This document shows positions 17,948-26,272 of a stretch of 32,000 bases of DNA, piece after piece. A model generated the notes under the pieces. That model saw only the letters and a program-made list of their open reading frames with translations, did no database searches and was not told the origin of the DNA. The position numbers were made by a program, and so were the translations under genes. Source of the DNA: Parasynechococcus marenigrum WH 8102 (GTDB lineage Bacteria; Cyanobacteriota; Cyanobacteriia; PCC-6307; Cyanobiaceae); contig NC_005070.1 in assembly GCF_000195975.1 (NCBI RefSeq), positions 2,250,001-2,282,000 of the forward strand, given 5' to 3'. Numbering within the stretch: the stretch's first letter is position 1; every line of letters begins with the position of its first letter.

Positions 17948-20900
17948 GCCTGCTGCACGCCACCTGGCTTCCCGCCATCCGTACCTCTGGCAGTTCCGGC
18001 CAACCGGCACTGCTCATTTGGGCTGACACCTGGCGGGTGGCGACACCAGAGGGCCCCGGGCTAACTCCGGCGCTGCACCCGTTCACCCTGGAACCCGACG
18101 ACCTCAAGGCCTGGCTTCAGGAACGCGACCTGTTGCCAGGCGGCAGCATCGATGCCACCGCCTGCCTCACCCTGCCCAGTCGCACGGTAAAACCCCGCAA
18201 GAGCCGCAGCAAAACGGCCGAACCAGCGCCCGAAGAGCCCATCTGGACCGGTCTGCCGATGCAGGCCGGAGAGCCGATTCCGAAACAGACAGAATGGTGG
18301 CCGTGGCAAGTCCAGGGCCTCGCTGTCGAGCCCTCTGCCGCCACGGAGTGGCTCTCACGCCTTCCCCTGTCAGGACGGAATCCAGACCTGGCCGATGAGC
18401 TGCGCTGGTGGAGCCACCTGCAGCGCTGGGCCCTCAGCCTTGTGGCCCGGGGGCGCTGGATTCCCCAGATGGAACTGAGCAAAGGCGAGGGATATCCCCA
18501 CCGGGCCCGTTGGGTGCCTCTGCTCAACCGCGAGGAGGACCGGCGACGTCTGGAGGATCTGGCCGCCAGCCTGCCGCTGGTGGCCACCTGCGCCCTGCCC
18601 TGGCGGGAACCGATGGGTCGGCGCAGCAACCGCATGACACGGCTGCGTCCGGAGGCCATGCGTGCCGCCAACCCGGTGGCCTGCTGCCGGCCCCGCAGTG
18701 GCCGCCTGCGGGTGGCCACGCTGCTGGAGGATCTGGTCGACGCACAGCTGCGCAAGGACTTTGAACCATCCACCGACGGCCTCGATCCCCTGTTGACCCT
18801 GTGGCAAGACGCCCTGGGCTCCGAAACAGGGGTGATTGAGATCGGTGATGAACAGGCCGAACGGCTGGCCAGCGCCAGCTTCCATTGGCGCGAGGGCATC
18901 GCTGGAGATTTCGCCGCTGCACGCACCTGCCTGGAACTGCAGACACCTGCAGAGGGAGAAGAGCTCTGGGAGCTGCGGTTTGGGCTGCAGGCGGAGTCGG
19001 ATCCGAGCCTCAAGCTGCCCGCCGCTGCGGCCTGGGCCTCCGGTGCCGACCAACTCCAGTTGGGAGAAGTGACAGTCGAGCAGCCCGGTGAAGTGCTGCT
19101 GGAGGGTCTGGGACGCGCCCTCACCGTGTTCCCACCGATCGAAAGGGGCCTGGAGACCGCTACGCCTGACACGATGCAGCTGACCCCCGCCGAAGCCTTC
19201 GTGCTGGTGCGGACCGCAGCGCGGCAGCTGCGGGATGCCGGCGTCGGCGTCGACCTTCCCCCCAGCCTGTCGGGGGGCCTGGCCAGCCGCCTGGGTCTGG
19301 CGATCAAGGCGGAGCTGCCAGAGCGCTCCAGCGGCTTCAGCCTCGGCGAATCCCTCGACTGGAGCTGGGATCTGATGATCGGCGGGGTGACGCTCACCCT
19401 GCGGGAACTGGAGCGGTTGAGCGGCAAACGCAGCCCCCTCGTGCGCCACAAGGGGGCCTGGATCGAATTGCGACCGAACGATCTGAGAAACGCCGAACGC
19501 TTCTGCGGTGCCAACCCGGAGCTCAGCCTGGACGATGCCCTGCGGATCACCGCCACCGAAGGCGATCTGCTGATGCGTCTGCCGGTGCATCGCTTTGAGG
19601 CCGGCCCCAGGCTGCAGGCGGTGCTGGAGCAGTACCACCAGCAGAAGGCCCCGGATCCGTTGCCAGCGCCGGAGGGGTTCTGCGGCCAGCTGCGGCCTTA
19701 CCAGGAGCGTGGCCTGGGCTGGCTGGCCTTCCTCAACCGCTTCGACCAAGGCGCCTGCCTGGCGGACGACATGGGTCTGGGTAAGACCATCCAGCTGCTG
19801 GCCTTCCTGCAGCACCTGAAAGCAGAGCAGGAACTGAAGCGCCCGGTGCTGCTGGTGGCCCCCACATCGGTGCTCACAAACTGGCGACGGGAAGCGGAAG
19901 CCTTCACCCCCGAACTGGCGGTGCGCGAGCACTACGGACCGCGGCGTCCCTCCACTCCGGCTGCGCTGAAGAAGGCGTTGAAGGATGTCGACTTAGTCCT
20001 CACCAGCTACGGCCTACTGCAGAGGGACAGTGAATTGCTGGAGTCTCAGGATTGGCAGGGGGTTGTGATCGATGAAGCCCAAGCGATCAAGAATCCCAGT
20101 GCCAAGCAGAGCCAGGCAGCCCGAGACCTGGCCAGACCAGCCAAAGGCAACCGCTTCCGCATCGCCCTCACGGGCACACCGGTGGAGAACAGGGTCAGCG
20201 AGCTCTGGGCTTTGATGGATTTCCTCAGTCCCAAGGTGCTGGGAGAAGAAGACTTCTTCCGTCAGCGCTACCGGATGCCGATCGAGCGCTATGGCGACAT
20301 GGCATCCCTACGGGACTTAAAAGCCAGGGTCGGCCCCTTCATCCTGCGCCGGCTGAAAACCGACAAGACGATCATTTCCGATCTGCCCGAGAAGGTGGAA
20401 CTCAGCGAATGGGTGGGGTTGAGCAAGGAGCAGAAATCGCTGTACAGCAAAACCGTTGAAGACACCCTGGATGCCATTGCCCGGGCGCCTCGTGGACAGC
20501 GCCATGGTCAGGTGCTGGGACTGCTCACCCGCCTGAAGCAGATCTGCAACCATCCGGCCCTGGCATTGAGTGAAAACGCTGTTGACGACGGCTTTCTGGG
20601 GCGCTCCGCCAAGTTGCAACGGCTTGAGGAAATCCTCGATGAGGTGATCGAAGCAGGGGATCGGGCGCTGCTGTTCACCCAGTTCGCCGAGTGGGGCCAT
20701 CTGCTGCAGTCCTGGATGCAACAACGTTGGAAGGCGGATGTGCCCTTCCTGCATGGAGGGACGCGCAAAAACGAACGGCAGGCCATGGTGGATCGTTTTC
20801 AGGAGGACCCCCGCGGCCCGCAGCTGTTCCTGCTGTCGCTCAAAGCCGGCGGGGTGGGTCTGAACCTGACCAGGGCCAGCCACGTGTTCCACATCGATCG

Positions 20901-21135
20901 CTGGTGGAACCCTGCGGTAGAGAACCAGGCCACCGACCGTGCTTATCGGATCGGCCAGACCAACCGGGTGATGGTGCACAAATTCATCACAAGCGGATCC
21001 GTAGAAGAAAAAATTGACCGGATGATCCGAGAGAAGTCGCGCCTGGCAGAGGATGTGATCGGTTCCGGTGAAGACTGGCTCGGGTGCCTGGCCGGTGATC
21101 AGCTGCGCAATCTCGTTGCCCTGGAGGACACCTGA
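17944..21135 (+). CDS. SNF2/RAD54-family helicase-ATPase with a long bacterial-type N-terminal extension
   Basis: Helicase motif I LADDMGLGKT is at ~19765-19788, and motif II DEAQ (VVIDEAQAIKN) at ~20064-20081. LTGTPVENR, the C-terminal helicase lobe LLFTQF... and the WWNPAVENQATDRAYRIGQ block are also present. The first ~600 aa are non-helicase. I start it at ATG 17944 (MSLLHATWLP) rather than the ORF-track 17875. Confidence 0.9.
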   Translation: MSLLHATWLPAIRTSGSSGQPALLIWADTWRVATPEGPGLTPALHPFTLEPDDLKAWLQERDLLPGGSIDATACLTLPSRTVKPRKSRSKTAEPAPEEPIWTGLPMQAGEPIPKQTEWWPWQVQGLAVEPSAATEWLSRLPLSGRNPDLADELRWWSHLQRWALSLVARGRWIPQMELSKGEGYPHRARWVPLLNREEDRRRLEDLAASLPLVATCALPWREPMGRRSNRMTRLRPEAMRAANPVACCRPRSGRLRVATLLEDLVDAQLRKDFEPSTDGLDPLLTLWQDALGSETGVIEIGDEQAERLASASFHWREGIAGDFAAARTCLELQTPAEGEELWELRFGLQAESDPSLKLPAAAAWASGADQLQLGEVTVEQPGEVLLEGLGRALTVFPPIERGLETATPDTMQLTPAEAFVLVRTAARQLRDAGVGVDLPPSLSGGLASRLGLAIKAELPERSSGFSLGESLDWSWDLMIGGVTLTLRELERLSGKRSPLVRHKGAWIELRPNDLRNAERFCGANPELSLDDALRITATEGDLLMRLPVHRFEAGPRLQAVLEQYHQQKAPDPLPAPEGFCGQLRPYQERGLGWLAFLNRFDQGACLADDMGLGKTIQLLAFLQHLKAEQELKRPVLLVAPTSVLTNWRREAEAFTPELAVREHYGPRRPSTPAALKKALKDVDLVLTSYGLLQRDSELLESQDWQGVVIDEAQAIKNPSAKQSQAARDLARPAKGNRFRIALTGTPVENRVSELWALMDFLSPKVLGEEDFFRQRYRMPIERYGDMASLRDLKARVGPFILRRLKTDKTIISDLPEKVELSEWVGLSKEQKSLYSKTVEDTLDAIARAPRGQRHGQVLGLLTRLKQICNHPALALSENAVDDGFLGRSAKLQRLEEILDEVIEAGDRALLFTQFAEWGHLLQSWMQQRWKADVPFLHGGTRKNERQAMVDRFQEDPRGPQLFLLSLKAGGVGLNLTRASHVFHIDRWWNPAVENQATDRAYRIGQTNRVMVHKFITSGSVEEKIDRMIREKSRLAEDVIGSGEDWLGCLAGDQLRNLVALEDT

Positions 21136-21137
21136 CC

Positions 21138-22019
21138 ATGACGATCTCAAACAACAACGGCATCACAGCCTTCGGCGATGAGGGGCTCGGCCAGCAACCC
21201 TGGTGGGTAGAGCAGTGGATGGAGCTGATTAACGGCTACCGCTTCAAGAAGCGACTGGAACGCGCTTGGGGTTACGCCCGCGAAGGCAACGTCACCTCGA
21301 TCCGTTTTGAAGGCCGCCGAGTGCACGCCCGGGTGCAGGGCACCGGAGAAGACCCGTACAAGGTGAAGCTCTGGCTGGATGTGCTCAACGACGAGGACTG
21401 GGGCTATGTGCTGGAGGCCCTAACGCAAAAAGCCCGCTGGTCAGCTCAGCTGCTGGCGGGAATCATGCCGTCGGATATCGAACGGGCCTTCGCCGCCAGT
21501 GGCAAGCGCCTGTTCCCGTTCAAGCTGCAGGAGGTGCGCAGCGAGTGCAGCTGCCCGGACAAGGCCAACCCTTGTAAACACATCAGCGCCGTGTATTTCC
21601 TGATGGGGGATCGCTTCAGCGAGGACCCCTTCGTGCTGTTCCAGCTGCGGGGGCGCAACCGCACCAAGCTGCTGGAGGATCTGGCGGAACAGCGCCGCGA
21701 GGTGCTCACCAAGCTGGCGGAACAAGCCAGTGCTGATGACGACAGCAGCCCAACGGAAGAGACCGCACCTCTGCCGCCGCACCCGGCCGTGCTGGATCCA
21801 GCCCTGTGGTGGCGCTACGAACGCAGCCTGGATGGCGATCTTGTGGTGATCACAGCAGCTTTGGAGGGTGACACGGGCCTGGATGCGGCCGGGGAACTCC
21901 CCCTCGCCGAAGATCCATGCTTTCCCGAAGCGCGGGACACCTTCCTCGCCAACCTGCGAGCCCACGGTCAGGCCAGTGCCCAGAGCGCCATGGTCCAGGC
22001 GATGACAGCCGGCAGCTGA
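21138..22019 (+). CDS. SWIM zinc-finger protein
   Basis: 293 aa with CSCPDKANPCKH (CxCxnCxH SWIM signature) at 21546-21581. It starts 2 nt after the SNF2 stop. Confidence 0.85.
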   Translation: MTISNNNGITAFGDEGLGQQPWWVEQWMELINGYRFKKRLERAWGYAREGNVTSIRFEGRRVHARVQGTGEDPYKVKLWLDVLNDEDWGYVLEALTQKARWSAQLLAGIMPSDIERAFAASGKRLFPFKLQEVRSECSCPDKANPCKHISAVYFLMGDRFSEDPFVLFQLRGRNRTKLLEDLAEQRREVLTKLAEQASADDDSSPTEETAPLPPHPAVLDPALWWRYERSLDGDLVVITAALEGDTGLDAAGELPLAEDPCFPEARDTFLANLRAHGQASAQSAMVQAMTAGS

Positions 22020-22026
22020 ACCGCTG

Positions 22027-22503
22027 ATGGGGGATGCACCCTGGCTGAGCGCCGAGAAGCGCGGCCTGACTGCCCTGCTGCTGAGCTCCCATCAACGGGC
22101 CTTCCAGCGGCCCCTGATCGCAGCGGCGCGATCAAGTCAATCGATGCGGCTGTGCTGTCAGGAGCTGTTCAGCTGCGGCTTTCCGGTGTTGGCCCATGGC
22201 ATCGGCGCCGACCCTGTGTTGATCTATGCCAACGCCGCAGCACTGCAACTCTGGGGGCGACGCTGGGGCGACATGGTCGGCATGCCTTCACGACTCACCG
22301 CTCCAGATGAGGTCCGATCGGATCGTCGACAAGCGCTGAAACAGGCACAAACCCAGGACGCCATGCGCGGCTATGGGGGTGTCCATATCGATCACCAAGG
22401 CCGGCGTTTCATGATCCGCAACGCCCGGATCTGGACCTTATTGGATGAAGAGAACCGCACGATCGGCCAGGCCGCCTGCTTTCACGATTGGTGGTGGATC
22501 TGA
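22027..22503 (+). CDS. MEKHLA-domain (PAS-like) protein
   Basis: 158 aa. FPVLAHGIGADPVLIYANAAALQLWGRRWGDMVGMPSRLTA...YGGVHIDHQGRRFMIRNARIWTLLDEENRTIGQAACFHDW matches the stand-alone bacterial MEKHLA-domain pattern as I remember it. It starts 7 nt after the SWIM gene stop. Confidence 0.75.
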   Translation: MGDAPWLSAEKRGLTALLLSSHQRAFQRPLIAAARSSQSMRLCCQELFSCGFPVLAHGIGADPVLIYANAAALQLWGRRWGDMVGMPSRLTAPDEVRSDRRQALKQAQTQDAMRGYGGVHIDHQGRRFMIRNARIWTLLDEENRTIGQAACFHDWWWI

Positions 22504-22506
22504 AAC

Positions 22507-22579
22507 GGTTCGGTTTGGACACCATTCCTGTCGTGGCAACCGAATCAAGGGGTACAGACCGAATCGAAATGGTCGGTTC
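22507..22579 (+). promoter_or_regulatory. Cluster of four related 9-nt motifs (two inverted pairs) in the hsp20 upstream/leader region
   Basis: The four motifs are GGTTCGGTT (22507-15), AACCGAATC (22538-46), GACCGAATC (22557-65) and GGTCGGTTC (22571-79). Copies 1/2 and 3/4 can each pair as a stem. The function (RNA structure or protein operator) is unknown. Confidence 0.3.
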
Positions 22580-22669
22580 ACACCCTTCTGGTTCTCATCC
22601 AGACCGCGCAGATTGTCGATGCGGGCGATCAACCCAGTCCGCAGATGTTCACTCTTCGGAGCAACAACC

Positions 22670-23056
22670 ATGCTGACCCTGCGCCAATCCCCCTTTGACC
22701 TGTTCGAGCGTCTCGAACAGCAAATCGCCACCGCTGAGCGGGTGCCCAATGCCGAAATCGTCGAAACCGAAAACGGTTATGTCGTACGACTGGAGTTACC
22801 CGGCGTTCAGCGGGACTCCATCGACATCAAAGCCACCGATCGCAACCTGGTGATCAGCGCTGAGCGCACCGCCAGCAGCGATGAGGCAACCGTTCTGTTG
22901 AGCGAGTTCCGCAGCGGCACCTGGAGCCGCAGCTTCCGCTTCCCCTACAGCCTCAACCGCGAGGAGCTCACCGCCAATTTCCGCGACGGCATCCTTGAGA
23001 TCACGGCAGGAAAAGCGGTGAACCACACCAGCGTCTCCGTCCAACTGGAGGACTGA
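22670..23056 (+). CDS. Small heat-shock protein (HSP20/alpha-crystallin family)
   Basis: 128 aa from ATG 22670 (MLTLRQSPFDLF...). The alpha-crystallin core runs ENGYVVRLELPGVQRDSIDIKATDRNLVISAER...GTWSRSFRFPYSLNREELTANFRDGILEITAGK. The upstream part of the 203-aa track ORF is Arg-rich and looks like junk. Confidence 0.9.
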   Translation: MLTLRQSPFDLFERLEQQIATAERVPNAEIVETENGYVVRLELPGVQRDSIDIKATDRNLVISAERTASSDEATVLLSEFRSGTWSRSFRFPYSLNREELTANFRDGILEITAGKAVNHTSVSVQLED

Positions 23057-23090
23057 AGGGCTCTCAAACCGCGACACACGAATCACGACG

Positions 23091-23126
23091 AACGAAAAAC
23101 CCCCGCCGTGGCGGGGGTTTTTCGTT
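23091..23126. terminator. Bidirectional rho-independent terminator between the convergent hsp20 and Nramp genes
   Basis: AACGAAAAACCCCCGCC-gt-GGCGGGGGTTTTTCGTT. The GC-rich stem is flanked by an A-run on one side and a T-run on the other, so it reads as stem plus U-tract on both strands. Confidence 0.8.
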
Positions 23127-23141
23127 GCCCTGGAGTCGGCC

Positions 23142-24440
23142 TCAGGCCGCACCAAGCCCCAGGAAAAAACGACTGATGAACAACAGGCTGAAGCCACTGA
23201 AAAACACCAGCCCGAACCAGCAGAAGGCCCGGGTCAGCGGGCGGTAGCGATGCTCCTCAGGCACCAGGCTGCTGTTGATGGTGTCCATCGCCATCCAGGC
23301 GAACAGGGGGGCGGTGAGAAAACTGCCAGTCATCGCGCCGAAGACGAAATCCTTCACACCGATGCCGCCGCCTTTGGCCACCACCAGCGCCACCACTGCC
23401 GCCAGCAGATGCACCACCACCCAGGGATCGAAGCGGCGCTGCAACGGCCCTGGTGCAGCATCACCACTGTCGCTCTGGCGAAACAGACCCTGGATCGCCG
23501 CAATGCTGCGGGGATAGGCATCCAGACAGGTGAGCGTGGTGCTGAACATGGCTGAAAACGCCGCTGGGATGATCACCCAGGCCGCCCAGCCCCCCATCGC
23601 AGCGGTGTAAAGCTTGATCAGCTTCTGGGCGAAGGACACTCCGCTTCCCGCAAGCATCCCATCGCCGCTGCCATACATCGTGTAGGAGCCAAGGATCACA
23701 AAGAACAGCGCAGTCAGCACCGTGATGCCGTAGCCGAGGTTGAAGTCGAATTCAGCCTCCTGTGGCGTCGCCGTGTGTTCGGTGTCCCGGGCTCGAGAGA
23801 ACATCCAAAGCGACGGCCAGACGCACATCTCCACCGGCCCCGGCATCCAGCCCATTAAAGGGATCAGGAAAGCCAGGTTGGCCAGGGTCCAGGGGGTGGG
23901 ATCGGTGGACACCCAACTGGCGGCCACATCCCCGACCGGACCGCGGATCAGCAGGGAGGACGCCGCCACCCCCGTGAGCAGGGTGAGCAACACCACCAAG
24001 AGCTTGGACAGACGATCCAGTGCCCGGTAATGACCGAGCAGCAGCACCAGACCGCAGACCACTAGCACCGCGATCGACAGGCCATAGGGGTCCTGCCCCG
24101 TCAGGCCTGGGACATTGGTGAGCAGCAGCCCCGCCACAAAGCTGACCGCCGCAATCGTCGCCGTGCCCGTCACCAGACTCACCAGCAGATATAGGGGCAG
24201 ATAGGCGGTATTTCGCCGCTGAAAGCCCTCCAACAGCGACAGGCCTGTGGCGGCCGTAAAGCGGGTTCCAACCCGCAGAAAGGGGTACTTCACCAGGTTG
24301 GTGAGCAGGATCAACCCCACCAGGGCAAAGCCGAAGCGTGCCCCGGCCGTGGTGGACGACATCAGGTGGGATCCCCCGATGCAGGCACCGGCCAGAAGGA
24401 TTCCCGGACCGATGCTCCGACGCAGGGAGCTGGGGGCCAT
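23142..24440 (-). CDS. Nramp-family divalent metal cation transporter-like membrane protein
   Basis: It has about 11 hydrophobic segments, and the N-terminal IGPGILLAGACIGGSHLMSSTTAGARFGF resembles the Nramp signature region. I prefer ATG 24440 (MAPSSLRR). The track start at 24548 would overlap the divergent flv3 start. Confidence 0.8.
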   Translation of the reverse strand: MAPSSLRRSIGPGILLAGACIGGSHLMSSTTAGARFGFALVGLILLTNLVKYPFLRVGTRFTAATGLSLLEGFQRRNTAYLPLYLLVSLVTGTATIAAVSFVAGLLLTNVPGLTGQDPYGLSIAVLVVCGLVLLLGHYRALDRLSKLLVVLLTLLTGVAASSLLIRGPVGDVAASWVSTDPTPWTLANLAFLIPLMGWMPGPVEMCVWPSLWMFSRARDTEHTATPQEAEFDFNLGYGITVLTALFFVILGSYTMYGSGDGMLAGSGVSFAQKLIKLYTAAMGGWAAWVIIPAAFSAMFSTTLTCLDAYPRSIAAIQGLFRQSDSGDAAPGPLQRRFDPWVVVHLLAAVVALVVAKGGGIGVKDFVFGAMTGSFLTAPLFAWMAMDTINSSLVPEEHRYRPLTRAFCWFGLVFFSGFSLLFISRFFLGLGAA

Positions 24441-24523
24441 CAGTGGCTTGCAACTGGCGTCATCCTCCAGCGTCACCGGTCTGAACAACCTTCTTAGAGT
24501 CAACTCCACTTCATCAACGCCCC

Positions 24524-26272
24524 ATGGTCGTCGCTGCCGCTGCACCAAAGCTGTCGCTGCAGTGCGAGGCCATCGCCGGTGATACGTGCACGATCCGTTC
24601 GCTCGACTGGGATCGCAGCCGCTTTGACATCGAGTTCGGCCTGCGTAACGGCACCACTTACAACGCCTTCCTGGTGCGCGGTGAGCGCACTGCCCTGATC
24701 GACACCAGCCACGCCAAATTCCGCGACACCTGGATTCCTCTGCTGAAGGAGCAGATCGAGCCCACAGCCATCGATGTGCTGATCGTGAGCCACACCGAAC
24801 CGGATCACTCCGGATTGATCGGCGACCTAATCGACCTCAACCCCGACATTGAGATCGTCGGCTCGAAGGTGGCGCTGCAATTCCTGCAGGACCAGGTGCA
24901 CCGGCCCTTCAAGTCCCGCGCTGTGAAGTCCGGCGAGGAGCTGGATCTTGGAACCAACCCGGAGAGCGGCATCCAGCATCGCTTCGAATTCCTCAGTGCT
25001 CCGAACCTGCACTGGCCAGACACGATCTTTTCCTTCGATCACGGCACCGGCATCCTCTACACCTGCGATGCCTTCGGCCTCCACTACTGCTCCGACGACG
25101 TCTTCGACAGTGACCCGGGCGCCATCGCCCCGGACTTCCGCTTCTATTACGACTGCTTGATGGGGCCCAACGCCCGCAGTGTGTTGCAAGCCCTCAAACG
25201 CATGGGCGGACTGCCGGAGATCAACACGATCGCTGTCGGCCATGGCCCCCTACTGCGCCACCACCTCAGCCACTGGGTGAACGACTATCGCGAGTGGAGT
25301 GGTCAACGCAGCAAGGGTGAGAGTTATGCAGCCGTCTGCTATCTGAGCCAATACGGCTTCTCAGATCGGATCAGCCAAGCCATCGCCCATGGGATCGGCA
25401 AGGCCGAAGCCCAGGTGCAGCTGGTGGACCTGCGCGCCACGGACCCTCAGGAACTGACGGCGCTGATTGGAGATGCCAAAGCGGTGGTGGTGCCCACCTG
25501 GCCAGCGGAACCGGACGGAGAGCTGCAGGCCTCCATCGGCACCTTGCTGGCTGCCCTTCACCCCAAACAACTGGTGGGCGTTTTTGATGCGTTTGGCGGC
25601 AACGATGAGCCGATTGACGCCGTGGCCGATCAGCTGCGCAGCCAGGGCCAGAAGCAGGCCTTCGCTCCGCTGCGCATTCGTCAACTTCCGCAGGGGAGCG
25701 ATTACCAGCGCTGCGAAGAATCCGGCACCGACCTCGGCCAGCTGCTGACCAAGGAGAAAGCCATCGCGGCCATGAAGAGCCTGGATGGGGATCTGGACAA
25801 AGCCCTGGGGCGGATCAGCGGCGGGTTGTACGTGGTGACAGCGAGCCAGGGCGAGGGGGAATCCCAGCGCCGCAGCGCCATGGTGGCCAGTTGGGTGAGC
25901 CAGGCCAGCTTTTCCCCGCCGGGCCTCACGGTGGCGGTCGCCAAGGACAGGGCCATCGAGGCCTTGATGCAGGTGGAGGACCGCTTTGTGCTCAATGTGC
26001 TGCGGGAGGACAACCACCAACCGCTGCTGCGCCATTTCCTCAAGCGCTTTCCCCCTGGTGCTGATCGCTTTGCCGGCGTGAACGTGCTGGAAGGGGTTGC
26101 GGATGGCGGCCCTGTGTTGACCGATGCCCTGGCTTACCTCAGTTGCCGGGTGGAGCAACGGATGGAAGGACCCGACCACTGGATCATCTACGCCGTGGTG
26201 GAGCAGGGCAATGTGGCCGATGCCGAAGCCAGTACCGCCGTGCACCACCGCAAAGTGGGCAACCACTACTGA
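24524..26272 (+). CDS. flv3: Flavodiiron protein, FlvB/Flv3-type (canonical diiron ligands) with C-terminal flavin-reductase domain
   Basis: 582 aa with a metallo-beta-lactamase-like domain carrying H-T-E-P-D-H at 24791-24808. This is followed by a flavodoxin-like domain and a C-terminal flavin reductase-like domain (GLYVVTA...AMVASWVSQASFSPPGLTVAV...). This three-domain layout is that of cyanobacterial class C FDPs. Confidence 0.9.
   Translation: MVVAAAAPKLSLQCEAIAGDTCTIRSLDWDRSRFDIEFGLRNGTTYNAFLVRGERTALIDTSHAKFRDTWIPLLKEQIEPTAIDVLIVSHTEPDHSGLIGDLIDLNPDIEIVGSKVALQFLQDQVHRPFKSRAVKSGEELDLGTNPESGIQHRFEFLSAPNLHWPDTIFSFDHGTGILYTCDAFGLHYCSDDVFDSDPGAIAPDFRFYYDCLMGPNARSVLQALKRMGGLPEINTIAVGHGPLLRHHLSHWVNDYREWSGQRSKGESYAAVCYLSQYGFSDRISQAIAHGIGKAEAQVQLVDLRATDPQELTALIGDAKAVVVPTWPAEPDGELQASIGTLLAALHPKQLVGVFDAFGGNDEPIDAVADQLRSQGQKQAFAPLRIRQLPQGSDYQRCEESGTDLGQLLTKEKAIAAMKSLDGDLDKALGRISGGLYVVTASQGEGESQRRSAMVASWVSQASFSPPGLTVAVAKDRAIEALMQVEDRFVLNVLREDNHQPLLRHFLKRFPPGADRFAGVNVLEGVADGGPVLTDALAYLSCRVEQRMEGPDHWIIYAVVEQGNVADAEASTAVHHRKVGNHY

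Noticed and set aside
18117-19932. Two very long minus-strand ORFs (479 aa and 520 aa) antisense to the SNF2 gene.
   Set aside because: Their translations are Arg/Ser/Ala/Gly/Pro-rich and low in complexity, with no motifs. The plus strand carries unmistakable SNF2 helicase motifs. These are typical shadow ORFs of high-GC coding DNA.
22445-22669. N-terminal extensions in the ORF track: hsp20 (22445), ndk (12854), flv1 (26143), Nramp (24548), SNF2 (17875) and FMN reductase (29201).
   Set aside because: The extended parts are Arg/Pro/Gly-rich and unlike the families' N-termini. Internal ATGs coincide with the conserved family starts, and in four of the cases (flv1, SNF2, Nramp, FMN reductase) also with clean operon junctions or divergent spacers, so the shorter models were adopted.
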